This document shows positions 1-12,329 of a stretch of 64,000 nt of DNA, one piece after another. The first letter of the stretch is position 1; each line of letters starts with the position of its first letter. This DNA comes from Mobula hypostoma (lineage: Eukaryota). The translations under genes and the position numbers were made by a program. Below the pieces are notes generated by a model, which was not told the origin of the DNA, did not search any database, and was given only the letters and a program-made list of their open reading frames with translations. The stretch lies in the NCBI RefSeq assembly GCF_963921235.1, contig NC_086097.1:102798001-102862000 (forward strand), written 5' to 3'.

Positions 1-184
1 TCTGTTTATAGAAGAAATCTCGGTTAGAATAAGCCTACGACCCAGTTACAGAAGCTCTTCAGAGCAATGAGTCATGGTGAGAAAATGTACAGGAAATTGT
101 TAAAGCAATGGAAATAAGAATTCTTTCAAGTAATTTTGCTGCGTCGAGCCGCAGTTGGTTTACCAAATGGTTAGCCTCCATGGA

Positions 185-1540
185 AGAGTCATAGAATACA
201 ACAGCACAGAACTTGGCCCCTTGGCCCATGCCAAACTATTATTCTGTCTGGTCACATCAACCTGCAGCCAGACTATAGACCTCCGTACCCCTCCCATGTG
301 TTGAAATCGACAGCACATCCATTGCTTCTGCTGGCATCTCACTCCACATTCTCACCATCCTCTGAATGAAAATGTTCCTCTTAAACACCTCACCTTTCAC
401 CTTAACCCATGACCTCTAGTTTTCATCTCACCCAACCTCTGGAAAAAGCCTGTTTGCATTTACTGTACCTACAGTATACCCCTCGTAATTTAATGTACAT
501 CTATCAAATCTCCCCCCATTCTGCTACACTCCAGAGAATAGAATCCTACCAATTCAACCTTTTCCTATGACTCAGGTCCTCCAGTACCGGCAACATACTT
601 GTCATTTTCCTCTGTACTCGTTCAATCTTATTGATATTCTTTCCCATAGGTAGGGAACCAGAACTGGACACATTACTACAAATTATGCCTCGCCAATGTC
701 TTATACAACTTCAACATAATATCCCATCACAATTTTTTGATCTATGAAGGCCAGTGCGCCAAAAGCTTGTTGTGACCCTATCTACCTGTGACGCCACTTT
801 AAAGGAATTATGGACTGGTATTCCCAGATCCCTTTGTCCTACCACACTCCTCAGTTCCCTACCACTTACCATTTAAATCCTACCCTAGTTTGTCCTCCCA
901 AAGTGCAACGCCTCACACTTGACTGCATTAAATTCCATCTGCCATTTTTCAGCCTATTTTTCCAGCTGATCCCGATCCCACTGCAAGCTTTGAAAGTCTT
1001 CCTCACTGTCCACTATGCCCCCAACCTTGGTGTCATCCACAAATTTGCTGATCTAGTTTACCACATTATCATCCAGATCATTGATATTGATTGCAAACAA
1101 CAATGGACACCGCGTCAATCACTGTGGTACACCATTGGTCACAGGCCTCCAATCAGAGAGGTAACTGTCTACTACTACTCTCTGGCTTTCTTTTTTGGAT
1201 TAGTCCCACAAAGCCAATGTACTACCTTATACTGTATGCCAAGCAACTGAACTTTCTTGACTACTCTCCTATGTGGGATATTGTCAAAGACCTTGTTAAA
1301 GTCCATCGACTGCTTTTCCTTCATCAACTTTCCTAGCAACCTCAAAGAATTCTAATAAGATTGGTTAGACGTAACTTACAATGCACAACGCCATGCTGAC
1401 TATTCATAATAGGTCCTTGTCTATCCAAATACTTACATATCAGATCCCTTAGAATACCTGTCAATAACTTATCCACTACTGATGTCAGGCTCACCAGCCT
1501 AACTTCTGTCTTACCTTTGGAGCCTTTCTTAAACAACAGA
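185..1540 (-). mobile_element. Decayed CR1 LINE (RT region to 3' tail) in the last UBR intron
   Basis: ORF 1342..1536(-) FKKGSK...VSLTSVVDKLL..ILRD.I..YLDRQG...SQHG; CR1 3'UTR at ~185-330; many stops and deletions. Confidence 0.85.
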
Positions 1541-2159
1541 ACAACATGAGGATTTATCCCCTTCTGTTCTGTAATCTGTATATAGTTGATGACTTTGCTG
1601 CTTTACATCTCTTTTCTCAACTTTGTTTCCATCTCCTGAGTGAGTATTATGTGGAGTTAGCTTTGAAGAGGAGTTGAAGCCACCATAGATCAACCATGAT
1701 CATATTAGAGCAAGTTTAAGGAGTGACCTGCTCCTGTTCGTATTGTGTACTTGTTCTCTTTGTAACCTCCTTCCTATGACAGCGCTCAGAACAGTGTGTC
1801 TGTATCAGTATTCCAGTGTAAATTATTCCAAGTTACTTCTGCACTGAATCATACTGAGTCCCAGTTTACTACTGTAATCATACTGTCCTCAAGAGCTGTA
1901 ACCCAGGACAGGGAGCGAGTTACATGGAAAGACTGGTATTACTGAGTTGGCAGAAACCCTTCTGAAGAGAACTTGAACAGCAGTAACAGGGCTAAGGAAG
2001 GAGAGTTAGAAAGTGTTGTTTGGTATCTCTGATATAAATTTCTGTTAACCTGCATCTGCTACTTTAAGCCATCTAGCACGAGATGAAATTTCAATCTTCA
2101 TGTTTAAAATTAAGCCATTGTTGACAGACAGTTTCACAAACGCTGCCTTTTCAATTCAA

Positions 2160-2540
2160 ACTATTTCAATCCAAGTTTAATTGTCATTCAACCATACATG
2201 AACACCCATGAAAACAGCCAAATGAAACAGCGTTTGTCAAGGTACAAAACACAGTACCAATAGTCACACATAGCACAAACACACACAAAATAGCAAGCCC
2301 AAATGGTATCACAATCACACAATAAAATGACATCAAAATTCACGCCATCAGTCCACAGTTGACCACAATAGAGCTCTCCCACCGAGCGAGCCTTGGGGGG
2401 GCCAGCACCAGCTCCTGCCTGGACACCGCGCCACACTGCCCCCAGTCAGGCGACACTGTGGATTGAGGCCCAGTTCTCACGCATACAAGACAACAAGCCC
2501 AAAAAGAATATCGTACAGGATCCATCCTCCTTCCTGGCAA
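2160..2540 (-). mobile_element. Non-LTR retroelement 3' tail / SINE-like fragment
   Basis: On the minus strand it ends ...gaatgacaattaaacttggattgaaatagtttgaa, a poly(A)-signal-like motif plus a short repeat tail. No coding similarity recognised. Confidence 0.45.
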
Positions 2541-3200
2541 CTTTTAAAGGATCACATTTGCTTCATCCTTAGATGACAAAAGCCCTGTCTTGCTGGTTGA
2601 AGGTTTTGTTTATGGAATCATCTTTACAACTCACCTATGCTTTTGCTACCTAAATTTTCCATTGTGATTAGTTGTGTCCATAGATGGTATATCGCATACT
2701 CACTTTCTGATCTTATTGCCCCCTTACCTTTCTAATCCACCTGAAGTCTTCAGTTTTATTTTTGCCTAATTTGTTCTTTCTCTTCCCCATTTTTAAAGTT
2801 ATGGTAAATTTCTGCTTTCACTCCCCATTCTTTGCTCTGAGAAGCACAATGGGGCAGTTTACTAAAGGGTTAACCAAAAGGAGGTCTGATTTCCAGGGAA
2901 TTTAATTTTCCAAGTTTACTCAAAAACACATATGGTAATTGAATGTGGTATGAGAGTTCTACCCCTATAAAGACAAGGGTGGTTGATGAATGGGAAGGAT
3001 TTTTTTAAATTTATGAACCTGATCCTTTGGTAGCTTGCATATTTATATTTCCATCAACTTGTTTCCTTTTTCCGCAGTCATGTTGGGTTTTTCCAATCCC
3101 TTTGTATTCACAGACATTATCTCTGTGAGCTAGTTGCACCTTTCACCTGAAACCTTAATATTTCCAACTGCATACTGAATTTTGTTACTTTTCTTAAAAG

Positions 3201-3336
3201 GAGAGGCAACCCACTGCATCTGTGCACTGAGCGATACAAGAAACTCCAACAGCTATGGCTACAGCACCGCATTCTCGAAGAGATCACAAGGAACCAAGAT
3301 GTAAATCAAATCGTCTTTGATTGGGAGCAGCTTTGA
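3201..3336 (+). CDS. UBR1: Last coding exon of an E3 ubiquitin ligase N-recognin (UBR1 most likely; UBR2 is the alternative)
   Basis: Polypyrimidine tract and AG acceptor (ttacttttcttaaaag, AG at 3199-3200), phase-2 start. From 3202 it reads RGNPLHLCTERYKKLQQLWLQHRILEEITRNQDVNQIVFDWEQL, with TGA at 3334-3336. RGNPLHL...LW.QH...EEI...Q..NQ....W..L is the UBR1/UBR2 C-terminus. ERY and ILEEI.R look closer to UBR1, and the neighbour is PRPH2L rather than PRPH2. Confidence 0.88.
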
Positions 3337-4641
3337 ACACTTGATCAGCAATATCACTGTACTTTGCTATTTGTATCACGTCAGTGGTTAGTTTCTCAGA
3401 GCTGATTAAGTTGATGTGCGCTGTTTCTAATCTGCTGTGGCTGTAATCTGGTTACAGTGCAGCCAGCTCATACCAGCAAGGAAGCCAATAACTTGTAGTT
3501 TCAGGCCTCCAGATATTCTTAAAATGCCTTTTAACCATATGTCTTACATGGAGACCTTGGAGTAAAAAAGGAAAACTAATTGGAGGGCAAAGTTAGAAAC
3601 TTCAACTTGATGGTTATATTTCTTCCAACCCCAATTCTTCCCCGGCACTGCCATATTTGTTGTGTAAGTAATTTTCCAGCCCTGGAGAGGTCAGATCAGT
3701 CCAAGCACTGATATTTGAATTGGTGTAGCTGTACCAGTTTGAAGAACAGTTGAAGGAGGATAAACATTTAGTGAGCTGTGATCACGGCCATTCATTTATA
3801 CGCCTTGCTTGCACTAAACATTTTTTACAAAATTACTGCCCTTAACTATGTTCGGGATGTATCAGGGATCCAGATACACATGTTTTGATCACAGGGATTT
3901 GAGAAACATATTTATCTCCATAAAGTTTGCTTTATTCCATAATTTTAGTCAATGTATTTGATATCAGCCAGGAATTAACAGTACTTGACAGATTCTGTTC
4001 TGTTTTGCTTAATTTCTGTCTGTAAATAACATTGTTTTATGGATGCAGAAATTATTATCCACACTTGAATGTATGAAGTGATAGGAAATTAAATGTAATC
4101 GCAGAAGTTTGCCAACTGCCCACCCCCCAAGTTTGCCGCCTCATTCATAAGGTCATGGCTGACCCTGTGTCTTGTAGTTCGAAACAATGCAAATGCCTTC
4201 AGTCGGTCAAGGCTTAAAGTGTGGGTAGTAAGATGAAAAAAAACTTTTGAAGAGAAGCTGATTTTTATCTTATCCTTGAATATTAAATGTGAAAACTTTC
4301 AGAGGGGATACTGCAATATTGAACTTGAGAGAGCTCAAAAATGTGCGCAATTGCTGGAAGTTCATGTAAAAGGACATTTGGTGATTAAAATACAATGGAA
4401 GTTTTGGAATCTGTGTGTGCCTGCCCTGTTTCATATAATGCTTGACAGTGAATTGCATTTGATTGTGATGCTCTTTAGCATGGTGAAAACAGAATTGTTG
4501 GAACAAGGAAGATTTTTATCTTCTCTGAGCTCCATTGTAGGTATCTGATTTTTCACTTGATTCTCTTTGTCTTAATAGAGCTATGTGACCTAGTAATAGG
4601 GTCTACCAAGTTTAAACAAATATTTTATAAAGTTAATTACA

Positions 4642-4770
4642 AATAAAGAATATACCAAATATAGCATATTTTCTGTTTTTATTTTTGGAGTGGGACTGTA
4701 ATAAATTACATGGTTACTAAATAAATAAAACACTATGTATTCCTAAGTTGTTTATTGGTGAATTGCTGGT
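4642..4770 (+). promoter_or_regulatory. Probable polyadenylation signal cluster ending the UBR 3'UTR (~1.4 kb)
   Basis: AATAAA at 4642, 4700, 4720 and 4724, followed by a GT/T-rich stretch (aagttgtttattggtg). It closes an AT-rich, repeat-free stretch after the stop codon; repeats resume at ~5060. Confidence 0.6.
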
Positions 4771-5059
4771 GATGCTCATTAACATTTGTGTTTTAACAGT
4801 CACGCTGTTGTAAGTTACGATAGCTTGTTACACTTCACATACATGGCATGGGCCAGTTGTTGAATGAGTGTAGTTTATTCAGTGCCACTGTGGTTTTTGT
4901 TCAGTTCTCCTGAGGACTGCCACAATGCCAGAGCAGTCGATCAGGTGTCAATACAGGCACAATAACAAATAGAATCTTGCTCAGTGTCTTGACTGTTCCT
5001 CACCCCTTCTTTACCTGCTGCAAATATATCACATGTTGTGGGGAAAAACATTAGGAAGT

Positions 5060-5385
5060 CAGAGTCATAGAATCATTGAATAGTACAGCTCAGAAATCGA
5101 TCCTTTGGCTCATCTAGTCCATGCTGAACTTTTATTCCACCTAGTCCCATCAACCTGCAATCAGCCTATAGCTTTCCATCCACTTCACATTATGTACCTA
5201 TACAAATTTCTCTTAAACGTTGCAGTTGATCACTCATCCACCAATTCCACACTCTCACCACCATCGAAGTGAAGTCCCCCCTCATGCTTCCCTTAAATGT
5301 TTCACCTTTAACCCATGACTTCTAGTTCTCATCTCACCCTACCTCAGTGGAAAAAGCCCGCTTGCATTTACGTAAGTATACCTCT
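5060..5385 (-). mobile_element. CR1 3'-end fragment
   Basis: Same 3'UTR text as 185-480 and 52245-52640 (cctagtcccatcaacctgca...aacccatgac.tctagtt). Confidence 0.75.
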
Positions 5386-5624
5386 CGTATCAGGAATAAG
5401 GACATTGGCAAGAATATGGTGAGCTGTATTTTAAGACTTACAATCATCGCACACTGATTTAAAACTGGAATTGATGTTTCAGGAACTGGTTAAATAAAAA
5501 GTGAATTGTGCAAATGCAGATGATGTGAAAGTGACAACCAGTCTGATAGTAGTTACTGACAGTTCACATTTGGATCACAGTCCCGTAAAGTGACCACCTC
5601 ACCCAATGACCTACTTTTTCATTT

Positions 5625-5827
5625 CGCAAACACGAGGAAATCTGCAGATGCTGGAAATTCAAGTAATACACACAAAAAATGCTGGTGAACGCAGCAAGCC
5701 AGGCAGCATCTATAGGAGGAGGTACAGTCAACGTTTCGGAGAAGGGCCTCGGCCTGAAACATCAACTGTACCTTTTCCTATAGATGCTGCCTGGCCTGCT
5801 GCGTTCATCAGCATTTTTTATGTGTGT
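5625..5827. mobile_element. Palindromic mini Penelope-like element with 13-bp TSD
   Basis: TSD TACTTTTTCATTT at 5612-5624 and 5828-5840. Imperfect inverted arms ~5668-5739 and ~5753-5827. The sequence matches the PLE terminus seen at 43060-43157. Confidence 0.85.
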
Positions 5828-6284
5828 TACTTTTTCATTTGGCTGTTTTGTGTAGCAAACGCAGCTCATATTTGAGGTTAGCCAGAGAACATAGCACTAT
5901 TGAGGAAAAGGAGTTTAACAGTATTGTTACCAACCAGAATCTGGTTATGTATATTTCAATAAAAGTTACCACGGTCATATTGGTTGGAGCAGCCTACGTG
6001 CACAGTGTTTTGATGCAGTGTCCTAATGCCTGGTAAACTACAGAGCTACCCAGAGATTATGAAATAAAAGCAGAAAAACTGCTGGGAAAGCCCAGCAGGT
6101 GTTCGACATCTGTGGAGAATTTGACATAGTGAGCAAAGTAGTTTCTCACACAGGAAAAGTGTGCCAGAAGTCAAGTACTTTCAGAAATTGATGACCAAAT
6201 TTGTCAAGAGCACATGTATGCCTCCCCTACTGTTGTCACACTGATCATGTAGATTACATTGTTCTGTTAACAAACATCATCTTA

Positions 6285-6470
6285 ATCTGGAGCAACAAAC
6301 AATGTGCTGGAGGAACTCAGAGGGTCAAGCTGCATTTATGAGGACTGGAGTCAGGGTTCTTGCAGGTCTTGATGAGGGATTTTGACCTGAAACACCAACA
6401 GTTCCTTTCCTCCCATGGATGTTGCTGGATCCACTAAGATTGCATTTGCTGGAAACTGGAGCAACCATCA
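6285..6470. mobile_element. Old PLE-terminus-derived fragment with inverted ends
   Basis: ctggaggaactcag...ttgatgagggattttgacctgaaacacc...ccatggatgttgct: a degenerate version of the PLE terminal/hammerhead region. Confidence 0.55.
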
Positions 6471-6859
6471 GTCTCGTTTGTCCATTAGCAATGAATTTTC
6501 CTTTATCGTCAGTAATTGGTTAGATGTAGGAATTTTTGTTATACCAGTAGATATGGTTCCCCAGTTGACATGAAGGGTTATATTTAGAAGAAGAGGGCCA
6601 TCAAGCCCTTCAGACCTGCTTTGCTGTTCTTTGATTTAGTGCTGGTCTACTACAATAATCCATGTCCCTGTAACCCTCTATTACAGCTTTCAATCCAACA
6701 CTGTTGTGTCAATCTTCTGTTGAGTCAACTTGCAGAAGGATGGTGTCCCTGGCTCTGTCCTTCAACCCTGCACCAATCTGCTGCTGGTGGTATTTCCAGA
6801 CAATTTTTAACTTCTCTATATTTTATTCTAAGATTCTCAGCTGCTTTAAAAAAGAAAGT

Positions 6860-7680
6860 CACTGCCATCCTGGTACTTAGGAAAGACAAGATAACCTGCT
6901 TACATATTACTACCTGATGGCTCTGGCACCCATCATCCTGAAGTGACATGAGGGGGTCATCATGGCACATATTAATTCCAGCCTCTCATAACCTTGACCT
7001 ACTGCTAAAACAGGTCTACATTCATCTCTGCAGTATCTGATAGTAGACCATAGTTTATTGACTGCAGCTCTGCCATCAAAATTTATAAAACCATACATAT
7101 TCATCTCCAAACTCCTCCACCTGAGGCTCAACGCTTCCCTTTGTACCTAGACCGTTGATTTCCTAACCAAGAACAGCAATTAGTAAGGATTGGTAACAAT
7201 ACCTCCACCATATTATTCTCAACACTGGTGCCCCACAAAGCTGCACTTTACTCTTTTCCCTCTACACTCTCAACTATTTGACCAGACTGCACATCACAGG
7301 AATCAGCCTCCCTTCTATGTGCTCAGTCCGCATTTCTTAACTGCCTCAGTGAAGCAACTAGCAAAATGAAGTACTTCATCCATCCAAGACATTCTCTCTT
7401 TTCACCTCCACCCTCATTGGGCAAAAGCCTGAAAGTATGTTACGTCAGGCTCAAGGACAACTTCTCCCCACAATTGAATGGTTCCATAGTATGATTGGAT
7501 GGACTCTTGACCTTTCAATCTTGCTTTGGCCTTGCACCTTACTGTCTATCTGCACTGTACTTTAATGCTTCATCCTGTAATCCATTGTTGTTTTAACTTG
7601 TATTGCCTCAACTAACTGTTGTAATGAATTGATCTGTATGAGCAGTGTGCAAGACATTTTTCACTGTACCAACTTGAAAA
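6860..7680 (+). mobile_element. Decayed Rex1/Babar-type LINE fragment
   Basis: Remnants such as ctcaacactggtgccccacaaagctg (LNTGAPQ.C) and aggctcaaggacaacttc, plus a 3'UTR like 56700-57020. Confidence 0.6.
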
Positions 7681-7899
7681 TTTATCTTATTTACATGTAT
7701 GTATGGATGCAATTAAATTCCTTACAGCAGCATCACGAGTACCTTGCACAAGGTACACAGCATTCACAAGAAAAACATAAAGTACAAAGCAAAATTGTAC
7801 AAGAAAGAGCGTAAAACACAAATTCCATTGCAAAGTGGTCAATGTGGTCATAATGTTGCTTAACCAGTGTTGTTATTTAATCACTGGTTGAAGGATTTC

Positions 7900-10090
7900 A
7901 TCCTTGCCTCAATCACAAACAGTTCCATTTTATTCTACAATTATTACCTTGGTCCTGGACTCCTCAGGCAGGAGAAGTATCTTCCCTGCATCCAGCCTGT
8001 TAAGTCCAATAAGAATTTGCTGAGTCTCAATGAGATACCCTCACTCTTCTAAGCTCTAGTTGGTACACTACACATTTTGTACTTTATCTTGTACAGTAAA
8101 GCTGCTGTCCCTGATAGCAGTAAAGTAAATCTTTGCTGCACTTCCTCTATGCCACATATATCCTTTGTTTTAGGTAAGGAGACTGAATCTGCATTCCCAC
8201 TGCAGACTCATTAAGACTCTGTAGTACTTCAGTAAGACATCTTTGCTCCTGTCTTAAGTCTTCTTGCAATAAGAATATATATTTCTCCTCCATTGTTTTT
8301 TTGAGGATGTAACTAGTAGAGTGGATAGGGTAGAACCAATGGATGTGGTATATTTGGATTTTCAAAAGGCTTTTTTCAAGGTCCTACACAGGAGATTAGT
8401 GTGCAAACTTAAAGCACACAGTATTGGAGGTAAGGTATTGATGTGGATAGAGAATTGGTTGGCAGACAGGAGGCAAAGAGCGGGACTAAACGGGACTTTT
8501 TCAGAATGGCAGGCAGTGACTAGTGGGGTACCGCAAGGCTCAGTGCTGGGACCCCGGTTGTTTACAATATATATTAATGACTTAGATAAGGGAATTAAAT
8601 GCAGCATCTCCAAGTTTGCGGATGACACGAAGCTGGACGGCAGTGTTAGCTGTGAGGAGGATGCTAAGAGGATGCAGGGTGACTTGGATAGGTTGGGTGA
8701 GTGGGCAAATTCATGGCAGATGCAATTTAATGTAGATAAATGTGAGGTTATCCACTTTGGTGGCAAAAACAGGAAAACAGATTATTATCTGAATGGTGGC
8801 CAATTAGGAAAAGGGGAGGTGCAACAAGACCTGGGTGTCATTATACACCAGTCATTGAAAGTGGGCATGCAGGTACAGCAGGCGGTGAAAAAGGCAAATG
8901 GTATGCTAGCATTCGTAGCAAGAGGATTCGAGTACAGGAGCAGGGAGGTACTACTGCAGTTGTACAAGGCCTTGGTGAGACCGCACCTGGAATATTGTGT
9001 GCAGTTTTGGTCCCCTAATCTGAGGAAAGATATTCTTGCCATAGAGGGAGTACAAAGAAAGTTCACCAGATTGATTCCTGGGATGGCAGGACTTTCATAT
9101 GATGAAAGACTGGGTCGACTAGGCTTATACTCGTTGGAATTTAGAAGATTGAGGGGGGATCTTATTGAAACGTATAAAATCCTAAAGGGATTGGACAGGC
9201 TAGATGCAGGAAGATGGTTCCCAATGTTGGGGAAGTCCAGAACGAGGGGTCACAGTTTGAGGATAAAGGGGAAGCCTTTTAGGACCGAGATTAGGAAAAA
9301 CTTCTTCACACAGAGAGTGGTGAATCTGTGGAATTCTCTGCCACAGGAAACAGTTGAGGCCAGTTCATTGGCTATATTTAAGAGGGAGTTAGATATGGCC
9401 CTTGTGGCTGAAGGTATCAGGGGCTATGGAGGGAAGGTTGGTATAGGGTTCTGAGTTGGATGATCAGCCATGATCATACTGAATGGCGGTGCAGGCTCAA
9501 AGGGCCGAATGGCCTACTCCTGCACCTATTTTCTGTGTTTCTATTAACATGTTGGTTTTCAGTGATGCCACTCAGACCACTTTACACAACATTACCCAGT
9601 ATCTTACCATATATAAATACACTCTCCAGTGGACTAAAGGAAAAAGCTTCACATTTTTCCACTTCATGTTGCATCCATCATGTTGTCCACATGCATAATT
9701 TTGTTGCTGATTTAAGATTTTGTATTTCTGATGTTATATGTCTGTAATGCTGCTACAAGATTTTCATTACACCTCTGTGTGCATGTATTTGTGCAGATGA
9801 CAATAGGCAACTTTGACTTTACTCTGTTTATCCATATCATCTTGAAGCTTCTTACACTTTCTTGTCTTTATAAACCCATAAAAATGCCATTTGACCCTCT
9901 CAGCCAAATCATTCACAAAAGGTTTTGGGACCAAGTTCTGATCTCTGGTCCCATTCAACACCACTAACAGCCTGTCATCATGAGAAAAAAAAAACTCTTT
10001 CTTCCCAATGGATAAGTAACTCTTAGTCCCTGTCAGTTCTGCTTAACCTTGTTGGCCAACCTGTGTGGAACCTCAAGACCTTTCTGAGAA
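7900..10090 (-). mobile_element. Old CR1 remnant (minus strand) interrupted by the young CR1 at ~8296-9543
   Basis: Degenerate CR1 RT antisense text at 7900-8295 (ttttaggtaaggagac...ctctgtagtacttcag) resumes after 9545. Confidence 0.55.
8296..9543 (+). mobile_element. Young 5'-truncated CR1 LINE with an uninterrupted RT C-terminal ORF (8321-9454)
   Basis: 377-aa ORF with YLDFQKAF, GVPQGSVLGP, KFADDTK, RPHLEYCVQFWSP and FFTQRVVNLWNSLP, followed by a CR1 3'UTR and a (tttct.tg) tail. Confidence 0.95.
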
Positions 10091-10429
10091 TCCAATACCT
10101 AATCAATTCTATCTGTCACATCCTCAGGACTCCAGCAGATATGCCAAACACAATTCGCATTTCACAAATCCACACTGACTCCTCTCAATCCTGTCATTCT
10201 GTTCAAAGTGTGCTCCCATTACATTTCAGTATTGATTTCTATCGTTTCCCTAATCTGGTCAGTTTTCTCTCTCCTTTCTTCCCTATATAGTGGAGTTGGA
10301 TTTGCTGCCCTCTGATCCTCATTCTTACTGGACCCTCAGTGCTCTGGTATTTCTTTTAGGATTCTTATGTCAGAAGACATAGGCCATTCAGCCCATCAAG
10401 TCTGCTCCACCATTCCATCATGTTTGATT

Positions 10430-11382
10430 TAACATAGAAAAAATCCTACAACACGATACAGGCCCTTCGGCCCACAAAGTTGTGCCAAACATGTCCCTAC
10501 CTTAGAAATTACTATGGTTACCCATAGCCCTCTATTTTTCTAAGCTGCGTGTACCTATCCAAAAGTCTCTTAAAAGACCCTATCATATCTACCTCCACCA
10601 CCATTGCCAGCAGCCTAATCCACGCACTCACCACTTTCTGCATATAAACTTACCCCGACATCTCCTCTGTACCTACTCCCAAGCACCTTAAACCTGTGCC
10701 CTCTTATGACAGCCATTTCAGCCCTGGGAAAAAGCCTCTGACTATCCACATGATCAATGCCTCTCATCATCTTATATACCTCTGTCAAGTCACCTCTCAT
10801 CCTCCATCGCTCTAAGGAGAAAAGGCCAAGTTCACTCAACCTGTTTTCATAAGGCATGCTCCCCAATCCAGGCAACATCCTTGTAAATCTCCTCTGCACC
10901 CTTTCTATGGTTTCCACGTCCTTCCGATAGTGAGGTGACCAAAACTGAGCACAGTTCTCCAAATGGGGTCTGACCAGGGTCCTATAAAGCTGCAACATTA
11001 CCTCTTGGCTCCTAAATTCAATTCCACGATTGATGAAGGCTAATACACCATATGCCTTCTTAACCACAGAGTCAACCTGCGCAGCTGCTTTGAGTGTCCT
11101 ATGAACTCGGATCCCAAGATCCCTCTGATCCTCCACACTGCCAATAGTCTTACCATTAATACTATATTCTGCCATCATATTTGACCTACCAAAATGAACC
11201 ACGTCACACTTATCTCAGTTTGTCAGGAGCTGCAGCTGGATGTACCTTTTACAGGTGTAGTCATCAGAGACGATTGTGCTAACCCTGACTTCCCACATCC
11301 TGCAAACGGAACGCTCAACTGCCCTAAATGCTGCCTCCATGACCTACTCTTAAGGTAATTAGATTTATTAAAGGAACTTACC
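10430..11382 (-). mobile_element. Internally deleted CR1: ORF1 start fused directly to the ORF2 3' end
   Basis: Minus strand 11340-11221 reads MEAAFRAVERSVCRMWEVRVSTIVSDDYTCKRYIQLQLLT, a CR1 ORF1 zinc-finger start. It joins at ~11218 to the RT C-terminus (ORF 10615..11202) and 3'UTR. Confidence 0.75.
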
Positions 11383-11965
11383 CATAATTATGATCACTAT
11401 CTCCAAAATGCTCTCCCACTGAGAGATCTGACACCTGACCAAATCAAGTACAGTCTCTCCTATTGTAGACTTATCTATATATTGTTTCAAAAAACCTTCC
11501 TGAACATACCTAACAAACTCCACCCCATCTAAACCCCTTGCTCTAGGAAGATGCCAATCGATATTTGGGAAATTAAAATCTCCCACCACGACAACTCTGT
11601 TATTATTACACCTTTCCAGGATCTGTTTCCCTATCTGCTCCTCAATGTCCTGTTACTATTGGGTGGTCTATAAAAAACACCCAGTAAAGTTATTGACCCC
11701 TTCCTATTCCTAACCTCCACCCACAGAGACTCCGTAGACAATCCCTCCATGGCGTCCACCTTTTCTGCAGCTGTGACACTATCTCTGATCAACAGTGCCA
11801 TGCCCCCACCTCTTTTGCCTCCCTCCTTGTCCTTTCTGAAACATCTAAAACCCGGCACTTGAAGAAACCATTCCTGTCCCTGAGCCATCCAAGTCTCTGT
11901 AATAGCCATCACATCATATCTCCTAGTACGGACCCATGCTCTAAGCTCATCAGCTTTGTTCACGA
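11383..11965 (-). mobile_element. CR1 endonuclease (APE) domain fragment
   Basis: ORFs 11631..11963 (YDVMAITETW...GVFYRPPNS) and 11368..11589 (VGDFNFPNIDW). Confidence 0.85.
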
Positions 11966-11969
11966 TCTA

Positions 11970-12325
11970 AATCGACATATCCCTATTCTGACATTGTACC
12001 CTTTGGTCCTAGACACCCCCTGCTATAAGAAACATTCTCTCTACACTCGCTCTACCTGAGCCTTTCAATATTTAATAGATTTCAATGAGACCCACCACCC
12101 CACCCCCACCCTTTCTTCCAAACTCCAGTGAATACAGGCCCAGAGCTATCAAACACTCCTCCTACATTTGACGCTTTCATTCCAGGAATCATTCTCGTGA
12201 ACCTCCTCTAGAACCTCTCCAATTGCCGGCATATCTTTTCCTGGATAAGGGGACCAAACTGCATACAGTTCTCCAAGTGTGGTCTGGCAATGCCTCAGCA
12301 TTATACCCTTCTTCTTATATTCTAG
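11970..12325 (-). mobile_element. Decayed CR1 3' RT fragment
   Basis: Antisense CR1 text (ccaggaatcattctcgtgaacctcctc...ggggaccaaactgcatacag). Confidence 0.7.
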
Positions 12326-12329
12326 TAAC

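Noticed and set aside
12..76. Exon-like segment (tttatAG ... atg|GTgaga)
   Set aside because: All three frames hit a stop and none resembles the penultimate UBR exon; treated as intron.
8362..9066. Antisense ORFs such as 8362..8766, 8785..9066, 15750..16067, 20307..20711 and 53417..53773
   Set aside because: They are the usual open frames on the opposite strand of CR1 RT, not genes.
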